This document shows, piece after piece, positions 1 through 15,904 of a stretch of 64,000 nucleotides of DNA. Both the position numbers and the translations under genes were made by a program. Origin of the DNA: Centroscyllium fabricii (taxonomy: Eukaryota); assembly GCA_051313645.2 (NCBI GenBank), contig JBNRSN020000044.1, positions 7,812,001 through 7,876,000 of the forward strand, in the 5' to 3' direction. The notes under the pieces are model-generated. The model made no database searches and was not told where the DNA came from. It saw only the letters and a program-made list of their open reading frames with translations. How positions within the stretch are numbered: the first letter of the stretch is position 1; each line of letters starts with the position of its first letter.

Positions 1-4207
<4,207 letters not shown>

Positions 4208-4708
4208 CCCCATCACCGTCGAACCCTGCACCTCCATCAGCCTCCATCCCTGCACCTCCATCACTCGCCAACCCTACACCTCCATCACCCTTCAACCCTG
4301 AACCTCCATCACCCTCCAACTCTGCACCTCCGTCACTCTCCAACCCTGCACCTCCATCACTCGCCAACCCTGCAGCTCCATCACTCTTCAACCCTGCACC
4401 TTTGTCACTCTCCAACGCTGCTCCTCCATCGCCCTCCAACCCTGCACCTCCATCACTCACCAACCCTGCAGCTCCGTCACTCTCCAACCCTGCACCTCCG
4501 TCACTCTTCAACCCTGCAGCTCCGTCACTCTCCAACCCTGTTCCTCCATCGCCCTCCAACCCTGCACCTCCATCACTCGCCAACCCTGAACCTCCATCAC
4601 TCGCCAACCCTGCAGCTCCGTCACTCTCCAACCCTGCACCTCCATCACTCTTCAACCCTGCACCTCCGTCACTCTCCAACCCTGCACCTCCATCTCCCTT
4701 GAACCCTT
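4208..4708. repeat. Continuation of the 24-bp minisatellite (more diverged)
   Basis: Same unit with more substitutions. Confidence 0.93.
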
Positions 4709-5137
4709 CCCAAAGCCCACAGCAGACCATCGCCTCTGCTATCCAGGGCAGAGTCGACTGGTGATCCTGAGCCACTGCTAGTTCTCATTGTCTGTAATTC
4801 CCTTCCTGCATCTTTCCACCACTTCTCTTTCTCTGCTCCTTTTAGAACCTCCTTAACACCCCCACTCTTTGACCCGCTTAGTCTCCATTGGCGAAGTGTC
4901 CATTTAACACACACTCTTTGACCCGCTTAGTCTCCGTTGGCTAAGTGTCCATTTTCCTCACAAATCTGAACAACAATAAATTTCAACACAAATAAATGAG
5001 GTATTACATTTCGGTAGAAAAATAAGGAGGTCACAAATTACTTGGCAAGTAAGAATGTAAATGGGGCAGAGGTGCAAAGGGACCTGAGAGTACAAATATA
5101 CAAAACACTAAAAGTAGCGAGTTATAAGGCCATAAAC

Positions 5138-5580
5138 GGGGCGGCACGGTGGCACAGTGGATAGCACTGCTGTCTCACAGCACTGGAGACCCGGGTTCAA
5201 ATCCAGCCTCGGGTCCTATCTGTGTGGAGTTTGCACATTCTCCCCGTGTCTGCGTGGGTTTCCTCCGGGTGCTCCGGTTTCCTCCCACAGTCCAAATATG
5301 TGCGGGTTAGGTTGATTGGCCATGATATATTGACCCTTAGTATTAGGGGGTTTGAATATGTGTGGTTACGGGGATAGGGTGGGATATGTGTTGATGGAGG
5401 CTCAATAGGGATCCAGTGATATGGGGAGAGGGCAGGTTCGATAGGGATATGGGGAGAGGGCAGGGGTGGTGTACTGGGTTTGGATGATCAGCCATGATCT
5501 CATTGAATGGCGGAGCAGGCTCGAAGGGCCGAATGGCCTACTCCTGCTCCTAGTTTCTATGTTTCTATGTTTCTATGTTT
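5138..5580 (+). mobile_element. Full-length HE1-type V-SINE
   Basis: tRNA-like head with A box (GGTGGCACAGTGG) and B box (GGTTCAAATCC), V-domain (TGTGTGGAGTTTGCACATTCTCCCCGTGTCTGCGTGGGTTTCCTCCGGG), CR1-shared 3' tail ending (TTTCTATG)n, and short TSD AAAC. Confidence 0.93.
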
Positions 5581-6002
5581 AAACAAGCTAACCAAGCATG
5601 AGGGTTTATTTCAAGAGGGATCGAATTGAAAAGTGGGGAAGTTAAGCTGATTTGGTGTCGAACCTTGGTTAGACCACACTTGGAGCACTGTGTGCAATCT
5701 GGTTGCTATATTATGAAAAGGATATAGAGGCACTGGAGATTGATACAAAATGATTTACAAGGATTATACCAGAAATGCGAGTGTACACCTATCAGGAAAG
5801 GATGAACAGGCTGGGACTCTTTTCTCTTGAAAAGATAAGGCTGAGGGGTGACCTAATAGAGGTCTTTAAAATTATGAAAGGTTTTGATAGAGTGGATGCA
5901 GAGAGAATGTGTCCACTTGTGGGGAAGAGCAAAACTAGAGGCCATCAATATAAGATAGTCACCAAGAAATCCAATAGGGAATTCAGAAGAAACTTTGTTA
6001 CC

Positions 6003-6456
6003 GTATGAGGAGAGATTGGGTCGATTGGGATTATACTCGCTGGAGTTTAGAAGAATGAGAGGGGATCTCATCGAAACTTATAAAATTCTGACAGGTCTGG
6101 ACAAAATAGATGCAGGAAGAATGTTCCGGATGGCGGGGGAGTCCAGAACCAGGGGTCACAGTCTAAAGATAAGGGGTAAACCATTTAGGACAGAGATGAG
6201 GAAGAATTTCTTCACCCAGAGAGTGGTGAACCTGTGGAATTCTCTGCCACAGAATGTAGTTGAGGCCAATTCATTAAATATATTCAAGAAGGAGTTGAAT
6301 ATATTTCTTAGAGCTAAAGGTATCAAGAGATATGGGGAGAAGGCTGGTACGGGGTACTGAGTTTGGATGATCAGCCATGATCGCATCGAATGGCGGAGCA
6401 GGCTCGAGGGGCCGAATGGCCTACTCCTGCTCCTATCTTCTATGTTTCTATGTTTC
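6003..6456 (+). mobile_element. 5'-truncated young CR1 (HER1-like) LINE 3' end nested in the older CR1
   Basis: YEERLGRLGLYSLEFRRMRGDLIETYKIL...YGEKAGTGY*, followed by 3'UTR and (TTTCTATG) tail. TACC flanks both sides. Confidence 0.92.
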
Positions 6457-7816
6457 TACCCAGAGAGTGGTGAGAACGTGGAACTCGCTACCACAGGGAT
6501 TGGTTGAGGAGAATAGTGTGGATGCATTTATGGAGAAGCTAGGTAAGCATATGAGGGAGAGGAGAATAGAGGGTGACGCTGATAGAGTGAGATGATGAAG
6601 GATGGGAGGAGGCTCGAGTGGAGGAGAAACGCCAGCATGGATTGGTTGGGCCGAATAGCCAGTTTCTGTGCCTTAAATCCTGTGTAATTCTAACGGGCTC
6701 CAATATTTTGCCTTTGTGATATTTTCCATGTGTGTCCACAGAGCATATGTACCACAATTTCTTCTCCCATTGTGATAAAGTATGCTGTTTGTATCATACT
6801 GTTATGATCAGTGATACTAATGGCTTTAAGGGACAATTGGATGTTTGTGGAGTGAGACGCGATTGACAGATTGTGAGCAGGCAGGTCGGTGAGTTTATCT
6901 CTGAAACAGTTTGTTGGCCATTCTGACTTGATCTGTTCTGCTGAGCGCTGAGAGAATCCTCTAACTTCTCTTCCTCTGGGTTTCTCTCATTCATTGTAGG
7001 AAAGCCGCAAGTCCATAACTGGCCTCGTCCTCTTCCTACAAGTGGCACAAGCAGAATATCGCCAGCTCGGTCGCCTGCCCTGGTTCCCAGTTCACCCCAA
7101 CACTCCCACTTGCCGAGTGCCACAGTGCCGTGGGCGGAGGTTTGGAGCAAACCCGCCGGGTCCTGTCGCAATGGCCTTACTGGTTCTCAGTCCTCACCTT
7201 ATCATTTCACTGATATTTTCAGATTCTTCCTGTCACCATTAATCAATGTTCTGTGTTATTTTGGGATAACTATGATGTTTCCATGGTTACCAGTCCTGGG
7301 ACTTGTCTCCTGCCTTTAAACCAACTGGATTTAATATTTTTTTATTACTTTCTAAAATATGGAGGCTTTTTTCTGTTTTTTTCCACATTCTCCTTCCTTT
7401 ATCGCTCTTTTTGCTTCTTTTCCTCTTTAACCATTTGATTTTAAAGATCCTTTTTTCTCAGTTTTTTACTGTTTTATCTTTTTCCTTGGATTTTTATTTT
7501 CTATTTCCGTTTGTGTTTTAGTTTTCTTCCCTTCATTCGGTTGTTTGCCTCAGTTTCTCCACATCTGCTGCTTTTGCTGCCTTGCGCGGTCCACCTCTGC
7601 CTTCGCCTCTTCCCATTCTGGTTTTCATATTTCCCCCAAACTCTCTGCTTTCCACGTTCCGCCTCACTCTAATTTGCCACTCAGGATCTTTGTAACGACT
7701 CTGACACATTTTGACATTGATCCTCATCCTCCTCCTTACTGAAAAAAATCTTTAAAACAGGCATTTAAAACCGGCACTTAAAACAGGCACTCTCCTGTTA
7801 ACCTCCAGCATGAAGA

Positions 7817-8155
7817 TGAGTCAATTATCAATAATTACCTCCATTTTCCTGACAGAAATTATAGCTGAAACATAGCACATGTTTTAATGAAAAGCCTTTT
7901 ATGCTTCTCAAAATCTGGTTGCATTTACGTGAAGAGAAAAAAAATAATGCGGACGTTAATTTTTTTCCAACAAATAAATAGGCTTCCCTCCGTTTGTCAA
8001 ACAGTCGCTCATTGACCCTCGGAACTCGCTGCTCGCAATCCTCGGCTTCTCAGATTACTTTTTGAAACAATTGTTTAACCAATCCCCTCATTTTTTGTGT
8101 AATTCTTTCAAACTTCAGAAAAGAAACTTCAAGTTTTTACTTCGTCTGCATCAAG
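7817..8155 (+). promoter_or_regulatory. Candidate promoter and non-coding first exon of the galanin-family gene
   Basis: AP-1 site TGAGTCA (7817-7823), CRE/PAR-like TTACGTGA (7925-7932), AT-rich AATAAATA (~7973) and donor AAG|GTAAAT at 8155/8156 (alternative CAG|GTGAGT at 8224/8225). The coding exon starts directly at AG|ATG, so a 5' non-coding exon is required. Confidence 0.4.
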
Positions 8156-8665
8156 GTAAATTATTTTGAAATATTTGAATATTTCTGTGGGTAATGACTA
8201 ATTGTTGTTATTGGCACCAGGCAGGTGAGTGTCGGAGCTCAGACTGGCGGCACCAGATTGCTAGTGACAGGATCGGACAAGTAGTGAGCAATGTGCATGA
8301 AGCGGCAGGACTGCGCTTTGACTGAAGAACTGGAAACTCAGCTGATTTTATGGGCTTGTGAGTTGCTGCATTTCTCAGGAGCCTGATTAATATTGGGAGA
8401 TCTCCGTAAGAAGCGGAGAGTTCAAAGATTTGCCCGTCAGCTGTAGACGCTGCCGTCGCAGCGATTGTTGGGATTGATGCCAGTTACAATCGTGTCAAGC
8501 ATCTCCCAGTGAAGTCTGGCCAATGATCGACAGGAGGTCAACCGATGGCCGCCAATTTCCTCGCTCCCGCTCCGCCACCATAACCACGAATCAATCTCTT
8601 TCCGCAGCCTTTCCTCCACCGGTCAGGAGCAGCTGTGAGCAAACAGCTGGCCAAAGAGACCCCTC

Positions 8666-9486
8666 TCACCATACACCCACACCGCACCCCCGCATTGTAC
8701 CCCCCTCACCGTACACCCTCACCGCACCCCCGCACTGTACCCCCCTCACCGTACACCCTCACCGTACCCCCGCATTGTACCCCCCTCACCGTACCCCCCT
8801 CACCATACCCTTGCATTGTATCCCCCTCACCATACACCCTCACCGTACCCACGCATTGTACCCCCCTCACCGTACAACCTCACCGCACTCCCGCATTGTA
8901 CCCCGTTCACCGTACACCCTCACCATACCCCCGCATTGTACCCCCCTCACTGTCCACCCTCACCTTACCCCCGCATTGTACCCCCTCACCGTACCCCCTC
9001 ACCGTGCCCTCGCATTGTAGCCCCCTCACCGTACACCCTCATCGTACCCCCGCATTGTACCCCCCTCACCGTACACCCTCAACGTACCCCCACATTGTAA
9101 CCCCCTCACCGTACACCCTCACCATACCCCCGCATTGTACCCCCCTCACCGTACAACCTCACCGTACCCCCGCATTGTACCCCCTCACCGTACCCCCTCA
9201 CCGTACCCCCGCATTGTACCCCCTCACCATACACCCTCACTGCACCCCCGCATTGTACCACTCTCACCGTACCCCCGTATTGTACCCCCTCACCATACCC
9301 CCTCATTGTACCCCACTCACCGTACCCCCTCACTGTATCCCCTCACTGTACCCCCACTCACCATATCCCCTCACCGTACCCCCGCATTGTACCCCACTCA
9401 CCGTACCCCTGCATTGTACCCCCACTCACCGTATCCACTCACCGTACCCCTGCATTGTACCCCCACTCACTGTACCCCCATTCACC
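8666..9486. repeat. C-rich minisatellite built from 12-14 bp subunits (CCCTCACCGTAC / CCCCGCATTGTAC)
   Basis: Direct periodicity, located in the presumed intron 1 of the galanin gene. Confidence 0.93.
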
Positions 9487-9721
9487 ATTGCTGGTGAACG
9501 CTGAGAGCCTCTCCTTGATTTATAAACTTTTAATCAAACCCACTAACTGATTTAAATGAGAAATTGAAGCCGATGGTGTGTTTTCTTTGATTAGCAACAC
9601 TTGTAAATGAAAGAGCGCGTTGACAATCGCTGTGAGCTCAGTCACATTCCTCGTCCAAACCTCGGGTGACCTCATTTTAATGCAGACATACAAGTTAATA
9701 TTCTTTTTTTTCTCTCTCTAG

Positions 9722-9802
9722 ATGTTTAAAGGCAGGACCCTGATCTGTATGTCTTTGATCCTTTGTGGCTTAGTGACCGAATGTTTTGGATTAGTTATCA
9801 TG
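9722..9802 (+). CDS. gal: Galanin-family precursor (preprogalanin / possible GALP orthologue), coding exon 1: signal peptide MFKGRTLICMSLILCGLVTECFGLVIM
   Basis: Polypyrimidine acceptor TTTTTCTCTCTCTAG|ATG and donor ATG|GTAATT; 81 nt, phase 0. Hydrophobic signal peptide resembling fish preprogalanin N-termini. Confidence 0.9.
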
Positions 9803-10116
9803 GTAATTATATTTATTCTTCAATGGCGAATTGACGGGACTGAATTTGAGTCCGTGCTCGGGGTGGGATTGAGGCTTGAGAATGTTTGGAAATGGGAATC
9901 GTTTCTCATTTTGTCCTCAGTGACAGGTCGTAGGTCAGGTGTAGAAATAATCAGAGAGGGTCTGTAACTTCCCAATTACACCAACAGGGCATCTAAAGCT
10001 CTCCTTTTCTCAAGGTCCCAGTGAGATATTCTGGCCTCGATATTAAACCCACACCTTCGCTGCCTCCCCGTAAGTATCGGGGTGTCTATCTGGCTTTAAA
10101 TTCACTGTGGTCCCAG

Positions 10117-10377
10117 GTCCAAAGATGTGCGGGTTAGGTTGATTGGCCATGATAAATTGACCCTTAGTGTCAGGGGGATTGAATATGTGGGGTTACGGGG
10201 ATAGGGTGGGATATGTGTTGGTGCAGGCTCGATAGGGATCGAGGGATATGGGGAGAGGGCAGGGGCGGGGTACTGAGTTTGGATGATCAGCCATGATCTC
10301 ATTGAATGGCGGAGCAGGCTCGAAGGGCTGAATGGCCTACTCCTGCTCCTATCCTCTATGTTCTATGTTTCTATGTT
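10117..10377 (+). mobile_element. 5'-truncated HE1-type SINE
   Basis: Matches the 3' half of the SINE at 5138 and ends in a (TTCTATG) tail. Confidence 0.9.
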
Positions 10378-10582
10378 ACCTCCATTGCCAGCAGACACGC
10401 CCAATGGCCAGTTGATTTTTTTAATCATGTGGGACCCTCACTGTGAGAGTAAAGATTTGTGCTCACTCACTCACTCACTCACTCACAAAAGCTGATGTGT
10501 TATGTGCCCTCTGTTTGAAGGCGGTTTTGCTGTGGCAAGAGGCCACCGTGGAGCGGGGTCACTCTGTGGAGAGGGGTCACTC

Positions 10583-11466
10583 AAGTTCAAGTTTACTTAT
10601 TTGTCACATACATCATTATACATGTACACAGTGCCGTGAAATGCTTAGTCGCAAGCTCCATGTCTGTGCTCTCTGGTTAACAATAAATCAAATAATAAAT
10701 TAACAATTATAAGAAAAGGCATTCAATCGTCAGTATGCCGACCCTTCATTTAGGATCCGGATGGCTTGGGGGGTAAAAGCTCCTCCTAAGCCTCTCTGTG
10801 TTGGTCTTAATGCTGCTGTAGCATTTTCCTGACCGCAGCAATGAGAAGAGGCCGTTGTTCGGGTGACTAGGATCCTTAATGACCTTCTTAGCCTTAGCCG
10901 TGCACCGCCTGGTGTAGATATCCTGCAGGTTAGGGAGTGCACCCCCGGTGGTACGTTCTGCCGACCGTACTACCCTCTGCAGGGCCCTACGGTCTTGTTT
11001 GATGCTGTTGCCATACCAGACGGGCAGCATGGTGGCATAGTGGTTAGCACTGTTACCTCACAGCGCTAGGGGCCCGGGTTCAAATCCAGCCTCTGGTGAC
11101 TATCTGTGTGGAGTTTGCACATTCTCCCCATGTCTGCGTGGGTTTCCTCCGGGTGCACCGGTTTCCTCCCACAGTCCAAAGATGTGCGGGTTAGGTTGAT
11201 TGGCCAGGATAAATTGACCCTTAGTGTTAGGGGGATTAAATATGTGGGGTTACGGGGATAGAGTGGGATATGTGTCGGTGCAGGCTCGATAGGGATCGAG
11301 GGATATGGCGACAAGGTAGGGACAGGGTACTGGGTTTGGATGATCAGCCATGATCTCATTGAATGGCGGAGCAGGCTCGAAGGGCCGAATGGCCTACTCC
11401 TGCTCCTATCTTCTATGTTTCTATGTTTCTATGACAGGATACTCTCAATAGTACATTTATAAAAGT
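10583..11466 (-). mobile_element. 5'-truncated Rex1/Babar-type LINE fragment interrupted by a SINE
   Basis: VWYGNSIKQDRRALQRVVRSAER...KDPSHPNNGLFSLLRSGK...TERLRRSFYP is a typical Rex/Babar RT C-terminus. 18-bp TSD TGTGGAGAGGGGTCACTC at 10565-10582 and 11467-11484. Confidence 0.82.
11022..11432 (+). mobile_element. Full-length HE1-type V-SINE nested in the Rex fragment
   Basis: tRNA-like head, V-domain, (TTTCTATG)n tail and GAC TSD. Confidence 0.93.
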
Positions 11467-11712
11467 TGTGGAGAGGGGTCACTCGATGGAGGTTCTCTTC
11501 AGCATAGAGCTGATGTTTGTGTGGAAGTGGTGAGGGGTTCTCTCTGTCAGGTTGGGCTCTGTCTGGAGGATGCATGAGCTTTTTAATCAGAGACCTGCAG
11601 GCTGTGTTGGCGCAGCTGAAAAGATTCAGTAAATTAATGATGGAGAAAACAGAAAATGATGTCTCTTAGAAAACAAAAAGAGAAACGTTAACCTGTAAAA
11701 CCTTTTTTTCAG

Positions 11713-11767
11713 CCTAAAGACAAGAGAGGTTGGACATTGAACAGCGCGGGATATCTGTTAGGCCCAC
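11713..11767 (+). CDS. gal: Galanin-family precursor coding exon 2: PKDKR-GWTLNSAGYLLGP
   Basis: TTTTTTTCAG|CCT...CCAC|GTGAGT; 55 nt. Encodes the invariant galanin N-terminal 13-mer after a KR convertase site. Confidence 0.97.
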
Positions 11768-11828
11768 GTGAGTAACAGGGTCACTGCCTCGGACCCAGTC
11801 TCAATCATCCTTAAACATTGACACGATA

Positions 11829-12032
11829 GCAAAATACTGCGGATGCTGTAAATCTGAAAAAACAACAGAAAACGCTGGAGAGACTCAGCAGACCAGGCAG
11901 CATCGGTGGAGAGAGAAACAGAGTTAACGTTTCAGGTCTTCAAGAAAGGTCATGGACCTGAAACAATCTGCTCCTCTCTCCACCGATACTGCCTGGCCGC
12001 CTGACCTTCCCCAGCGTTTCCTGTTGTTATTC
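11829..12032. mobile_element. Palindromic Penelope-derived non-autonomous element (imperfect ~60-bp inverted arms)
   Basis: Arms at ~11861-11922 and ~11967-12028 are reverse complements. The centre AAGAAAGGTCATGGACCTGAAAC resembles a decayed hammerhead core. A related half-copy lies at ~12422-12515. Confidence 0.6.
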
Positions 12033-13540
12033 TTAAACATTGCTCGGACCTGTACAAACTGCTGCTCGATAATTGCATCCTCAGAACTCGAAGCAAGACA
12101 GAAAGAGAACGCTTGTATTTATATAACAACAACTTGTATTTATATATCACCTTATTGTATCTTCAGAACATGTCAAATTACTTCACAGTCAATTAATTCA
12201 TCCTGAAGTATTGTCAAATAGGAACATGTAGCAGATCCACAGAGAGCGGAGGTGAATGTCCAGACAATCGGCTATTTGTGGTTGTAGTTTTCAGGCTCGG
12301 ACACCAGCAGAGATTTCTGCCCTGAGGGTCCAACCCTGTCGGCGCTGCACTGAACCCTGATGGTTCCTGAGTGAGCACAACATGTTGTGACTCTAAAGCC
12401 AGTGAGCCACACTAAACTATTGCAAAACACCAAATACTGCGGGTGCTGGAAATCTGAAATATAAACAGAAAATGCTGAAAACGCTCAGCAGGTCCGGCAG
12501 CGCCTGTGGAGAGAGTCAAGGTTTCCAGTCAATCGATCCCCAGGATCCTGGTGAGACGGCCAGCGACTCGCTGGATGAGTTAATGCTCAGTGTGGCTGCT
12601 TAGATGTGTTTGTTTATGATTTTATTTTAATTTCACTTCCCTTGATTTTAAAGTTTTAAGATGTGTTTGGAATATTCCCCCTTTGATTTGATACAGATTT
12701 TGTTCTGGCCCTTTTAGGTGTTGAGTTAGGAATAGGGTTGGTCCAGACAGGCTGGGAGCAGCGTCCCCGAGGGGCAGACACATTCTGTCCAGGGCTCAGA
12801 ATGAGCAAAGCCTGACCCTGCAGCCCAGCACACGGCATTTCTGCAACTCAGGCGTCAATTCCCTCCATGTTGCCGCGTTCCCCCTTCGAACAGTATCAGG
12901 ATCTCAGTCGAACATTTACAGAAGATGGAACCAATTACATTGCATTTCTAAAATACAAGATCAGAAAGGAATTACACTTTGTATTGATCGTCCCTAAAAG
13001 TTAATGGCCCCGATTTTATCTACCCGGCCTGAGGAAATCCGGTCCCCGGGGGAAGGGCAGTTAAAATGGGGGTTCCGTCCCAGCAACTGAGCAACGGGAC
13101 CTTTAAATCATAGGCGGCCCCCTCCCCCTCCCTCTCTCCCTCCTCCCTCTCCCCTCTCCCCTCTCCCCCTCTCTTCCCTCTCGCTCCCCTCGCCTCTCCC
13201 TCCCCCTCCTCCCTCCCTCTCCCCCTCCTCCCTCTCTCTCCCTCTCCTCCCTCACCCTCCCCCTCTCTCTCTCCCCTCCCGCTCCCCCCTCTCCTTCTTA
13301 CATCTCTCACTCCCCTCGCCTCTCCCTCCCTCTCCCCCTCCTCCCTCCCTCTCCCCCTCCACCCTCTCCCCCTCCTCCCTCTCTCTCCCCCTCCTCCCTC
13401 TCCCTCCCCCTCTCTCTCTCCCCTCCCTCTCCCCCCTCTCCTTCTTCCATCTCTCACTCCCCTCGCCTCTCCCTCCCTCTCTCCCCTCCCTCTCTCTCCC
13501 CCTCACTCCCCCTCACCCCCTCTCTCTCCCCTTGCCAACC

Positions 13541-14677
13541 TAGAATCATAGAATCATAGAAGATAGGAGCAGGAGTAGGCCATTCGGCCCTTCGAGCCTG
13601 CTCCGCCATTCAACGAGATCATGGCTGATCTTACACGTTCAGTACCCAGTCCCTGCCTTCTCCCCATATCCCTTAATCCCTTTAGCCTGAAGAAATATAT
13701 CCAGTTCCCTCTTGAATATATTCAATGAACCGGCCTCCACCGCCCTCTGTGGCAAGGAATTCCACAGGTTCACCACTCTCTGTGTGAAGAATTTCCTCCT
13801 CATCTCAGTCCTACAAGGCTTACCCCTTATCCTTAGACTATGCCCCCTGGTTCTCGACTCCCCGGCCATCGGAAACATCCTTTCTGCATCTAACCTGTCC
13901 AAGCCTGACAGAATTTTATAAGTCTCGCTGAGATCGCCTCTTAATCTTCTAAACTCCAGCGAGTATAAGCCCAGACTACACAATCTCTCCTCATAAGTCA
14001 TTCCTGCCATCCCAGGTATCAGCCTGGTGAATCGTCGCTGTACTCCCTCCATGGCAAGACCATCCTTCCTCAGATGCGGCGACCAAAACTGCACACAATA
14101 CTCAAGGTGTGGCCTCACCAAGACCCTGTACAGCTGCAGCAAGACATCCCTATTCCTATACTCAAACCCTCTTGATATAAAGGCCAACATACCATTTGCC
14201 TTTTTAACCGCCTGCTGCACCTGCATGCTCACCTTCAGTGACTGGTGCACAAGAACACCCAGATCTCTTTGCACTTCCCCATCTCCCAATCTATTGCCGT
14301 TCAAATAATACTCTGCCTTTCTGTTTTTGCTACCAAAGTGGATAACCTCACATTTATCCACATTATAGTGCATTTGCCATGTGTTCGCCCAATCCCCCAA
14401 TCTGTCCAGGTCGCTCTGGAGCTTCCCGACATCCTCCTCAGAGCATACTCCCCCTCCAAGCTTAGTGTCATCTGCGAATTTGGAGATGTTACATCCAATT
14501 CCCTCATCCAGGTCATTAATATATATTGTGAACAGCTGGGGTCCCAGTACCGACCCCTGTGGTACCCCACTAGTCACTGCCCGCCAATCAGAAAACGACC
14601 CGTTTATCCCAACTCTCTGTTTTCTATCTGCCAACCAGTTCTCTATCCACGCCAATACCTTGCCCCCAATCCCATGA
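13541..14677 (-). mobile_element. 5'-truncated young CR1 LINE with an uninterrupted 338-aa RT C-terminal frame
   Basis: ORF 13639-14655 with [14 protein letters not shown] and LVRPHLEYCVQFWSP; (ATTCTATG)n tail. Confidence 0.95.
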
Positions 14678-15154
14678 GCCTCGCTCTCCCCCTCTCACTC
14701 TCCCCCCTCCTTCTGTCCCCCTCCCTCTCTCTCTCCCCCACCTCTCCCCCCTCTCCCCCTCCCTCTCTCCCCTCCCTCGCTCTCCCCTCTCTCCCCCTCA
14801 CTCTCCCCCTCCTTCTGTCCCCCTCCCTCTCTCTGCCCCCTCCCTCTCTCTCTCCCCCACCTCCTCCCTCTCTCCCCCTCCCTCTCTCCCCTCCCCCTCA
14901 ACCCCCTCTCTCCCCTTGCCCCCCTCTCTCCCCTTGCCCCCTCCCTCTCTCCCCTCCCACTCTCCCCCTCCCTCTCTCACCATGCTCCCCTCTCCCCCTC
15001 CTTCTCTCTCCCTCCCTCTCTCCCCCTCCCTCTCTCTTCCCCCTCTCTCTCTCCCCCTCTCTTTCTTCCCTCTCTCCCTCCCTCTCTCCCCTCCTTCTCT
15101 CCCCCTCCCTCGCTCTCCCCCCTCTCTCCCCCCTCTCTCCCGCCTCCCTCTCTC

Positions 15155-15480
15155 NNNNNNNNNNNNNNNNNNNNNNNNNNNNNNNNNNNNNNNNNNNNNN
15201 NNNNNNNNNNNNNNNNNNNNNNNNNNNNNNNNNNNNNNNNNNNNNNNNNNNNNNNNNNNNNNNNNNNNNNNNNNNNNNNNNNNNNNNNNNNNNNNNNNNN
15301 NNNNNNNNNNNNNNNNNNNNNNNNNNNNNNNNNNNNNNNNNNNNNNNNNNNNNNNNNNNNNNNNNNNNNNNNNNNNNNNNNNNNNNNNNNNNNNNNNNNN
15401 NNNNNNNNNNNNNNNNNNNNNNNNNNNNNNNNNNNNNNNNNNNNNNNNNNNNNNNNNNNNNNNNNNNNNNNNNNNNNNNN
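15155..15480. other. Assembly gap (326 N)
   Basis: Run of N. Confidence 1.
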
Positions 15481-15748
15481 CCCGCCTCCCTCTCTCATCC
15501 CGACTGCTGCTAAGGGGAAAGGTATCTTCTGGGAATAAAAAAAAACTTTGCAAATGCTGGAAAATTGAAATAAATGCAAAAAATCCTGCAAAAACATGTC
15601 TGGCCTCATCAGCAACTCAAAAGTGAAAAGTCTGGTCACCACTTGGTGAGTAGTCTGGGAATGAATGGATTGTATTTGATACATTCAGTGAGCGGGAGAC
15701 GCAATGTGTTATCGGGGTGATTGAGCTGCTTATGTCCTTTCTTTTCAG

Positions 15749-15847
15749 ATGCTGCGAATGGTCACAGGTCCCTGAGTGACAAGGGGGGTCTCGCAGGGAA
15801 GAGAGATGCCTTCGATGACAATTATAATTCAGTTGGAGCAAGTTTCA
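15749..15847 (+). CDS. gal: Galanin-family precursor coding exon 3: HAANGHRSLSDKGGLA-GKR-DAFDDNYNSVGASF
   Basis: CTTTCTTTTCAG|AT (phase 1, completing CAT=His) and donor CA|GTAAGA; 99 nt. Completes a 29-aa galanin with Gly-Lys-Arg amidation/cleavage signal. Confidence 0.93.
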
Positions 15848-15904
15848 GTAAGAATGGTTGATCATATTGTCACTGTGCCTTTGTAGAGGTGCATGTGTAA
15901 TATA

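Larger units (their letters stand above)
4975..6690 (+). mobile_element. Old degenerate CR1 LINE 3' portion, interrupted by a SINE and a younger CR1
   Basis: Translates to CR1 ORF2 C-terminal motifs (LGLFSLEKIRLRGDLIEVFKIMKGFD; QRVVRTWNSLP) on both sides of the insertions. Confidence 0.85.
13118..15498. repeat. CT-rich low-complexity tract interrupted by a CR1 and an assembly gap
   Basis: Nearly pure C/T sequence at 13118-13531 and 14678-15498. Confidence 0.9.

Noticed and set aside
5138-5215. tRNA gene
   Set aside because: It is the tRNA-derived head of an HE1 SINE, continuing into the V-domain and CR1 tail; the same applies at 11022 and 28586.
13020-15684. Gly/Glu/Arg- and Pro/Ser/Leu-rich ORFs, some crossing the N run
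   Set aside because: Artefacts of CT low-complexity sequence and the gap.
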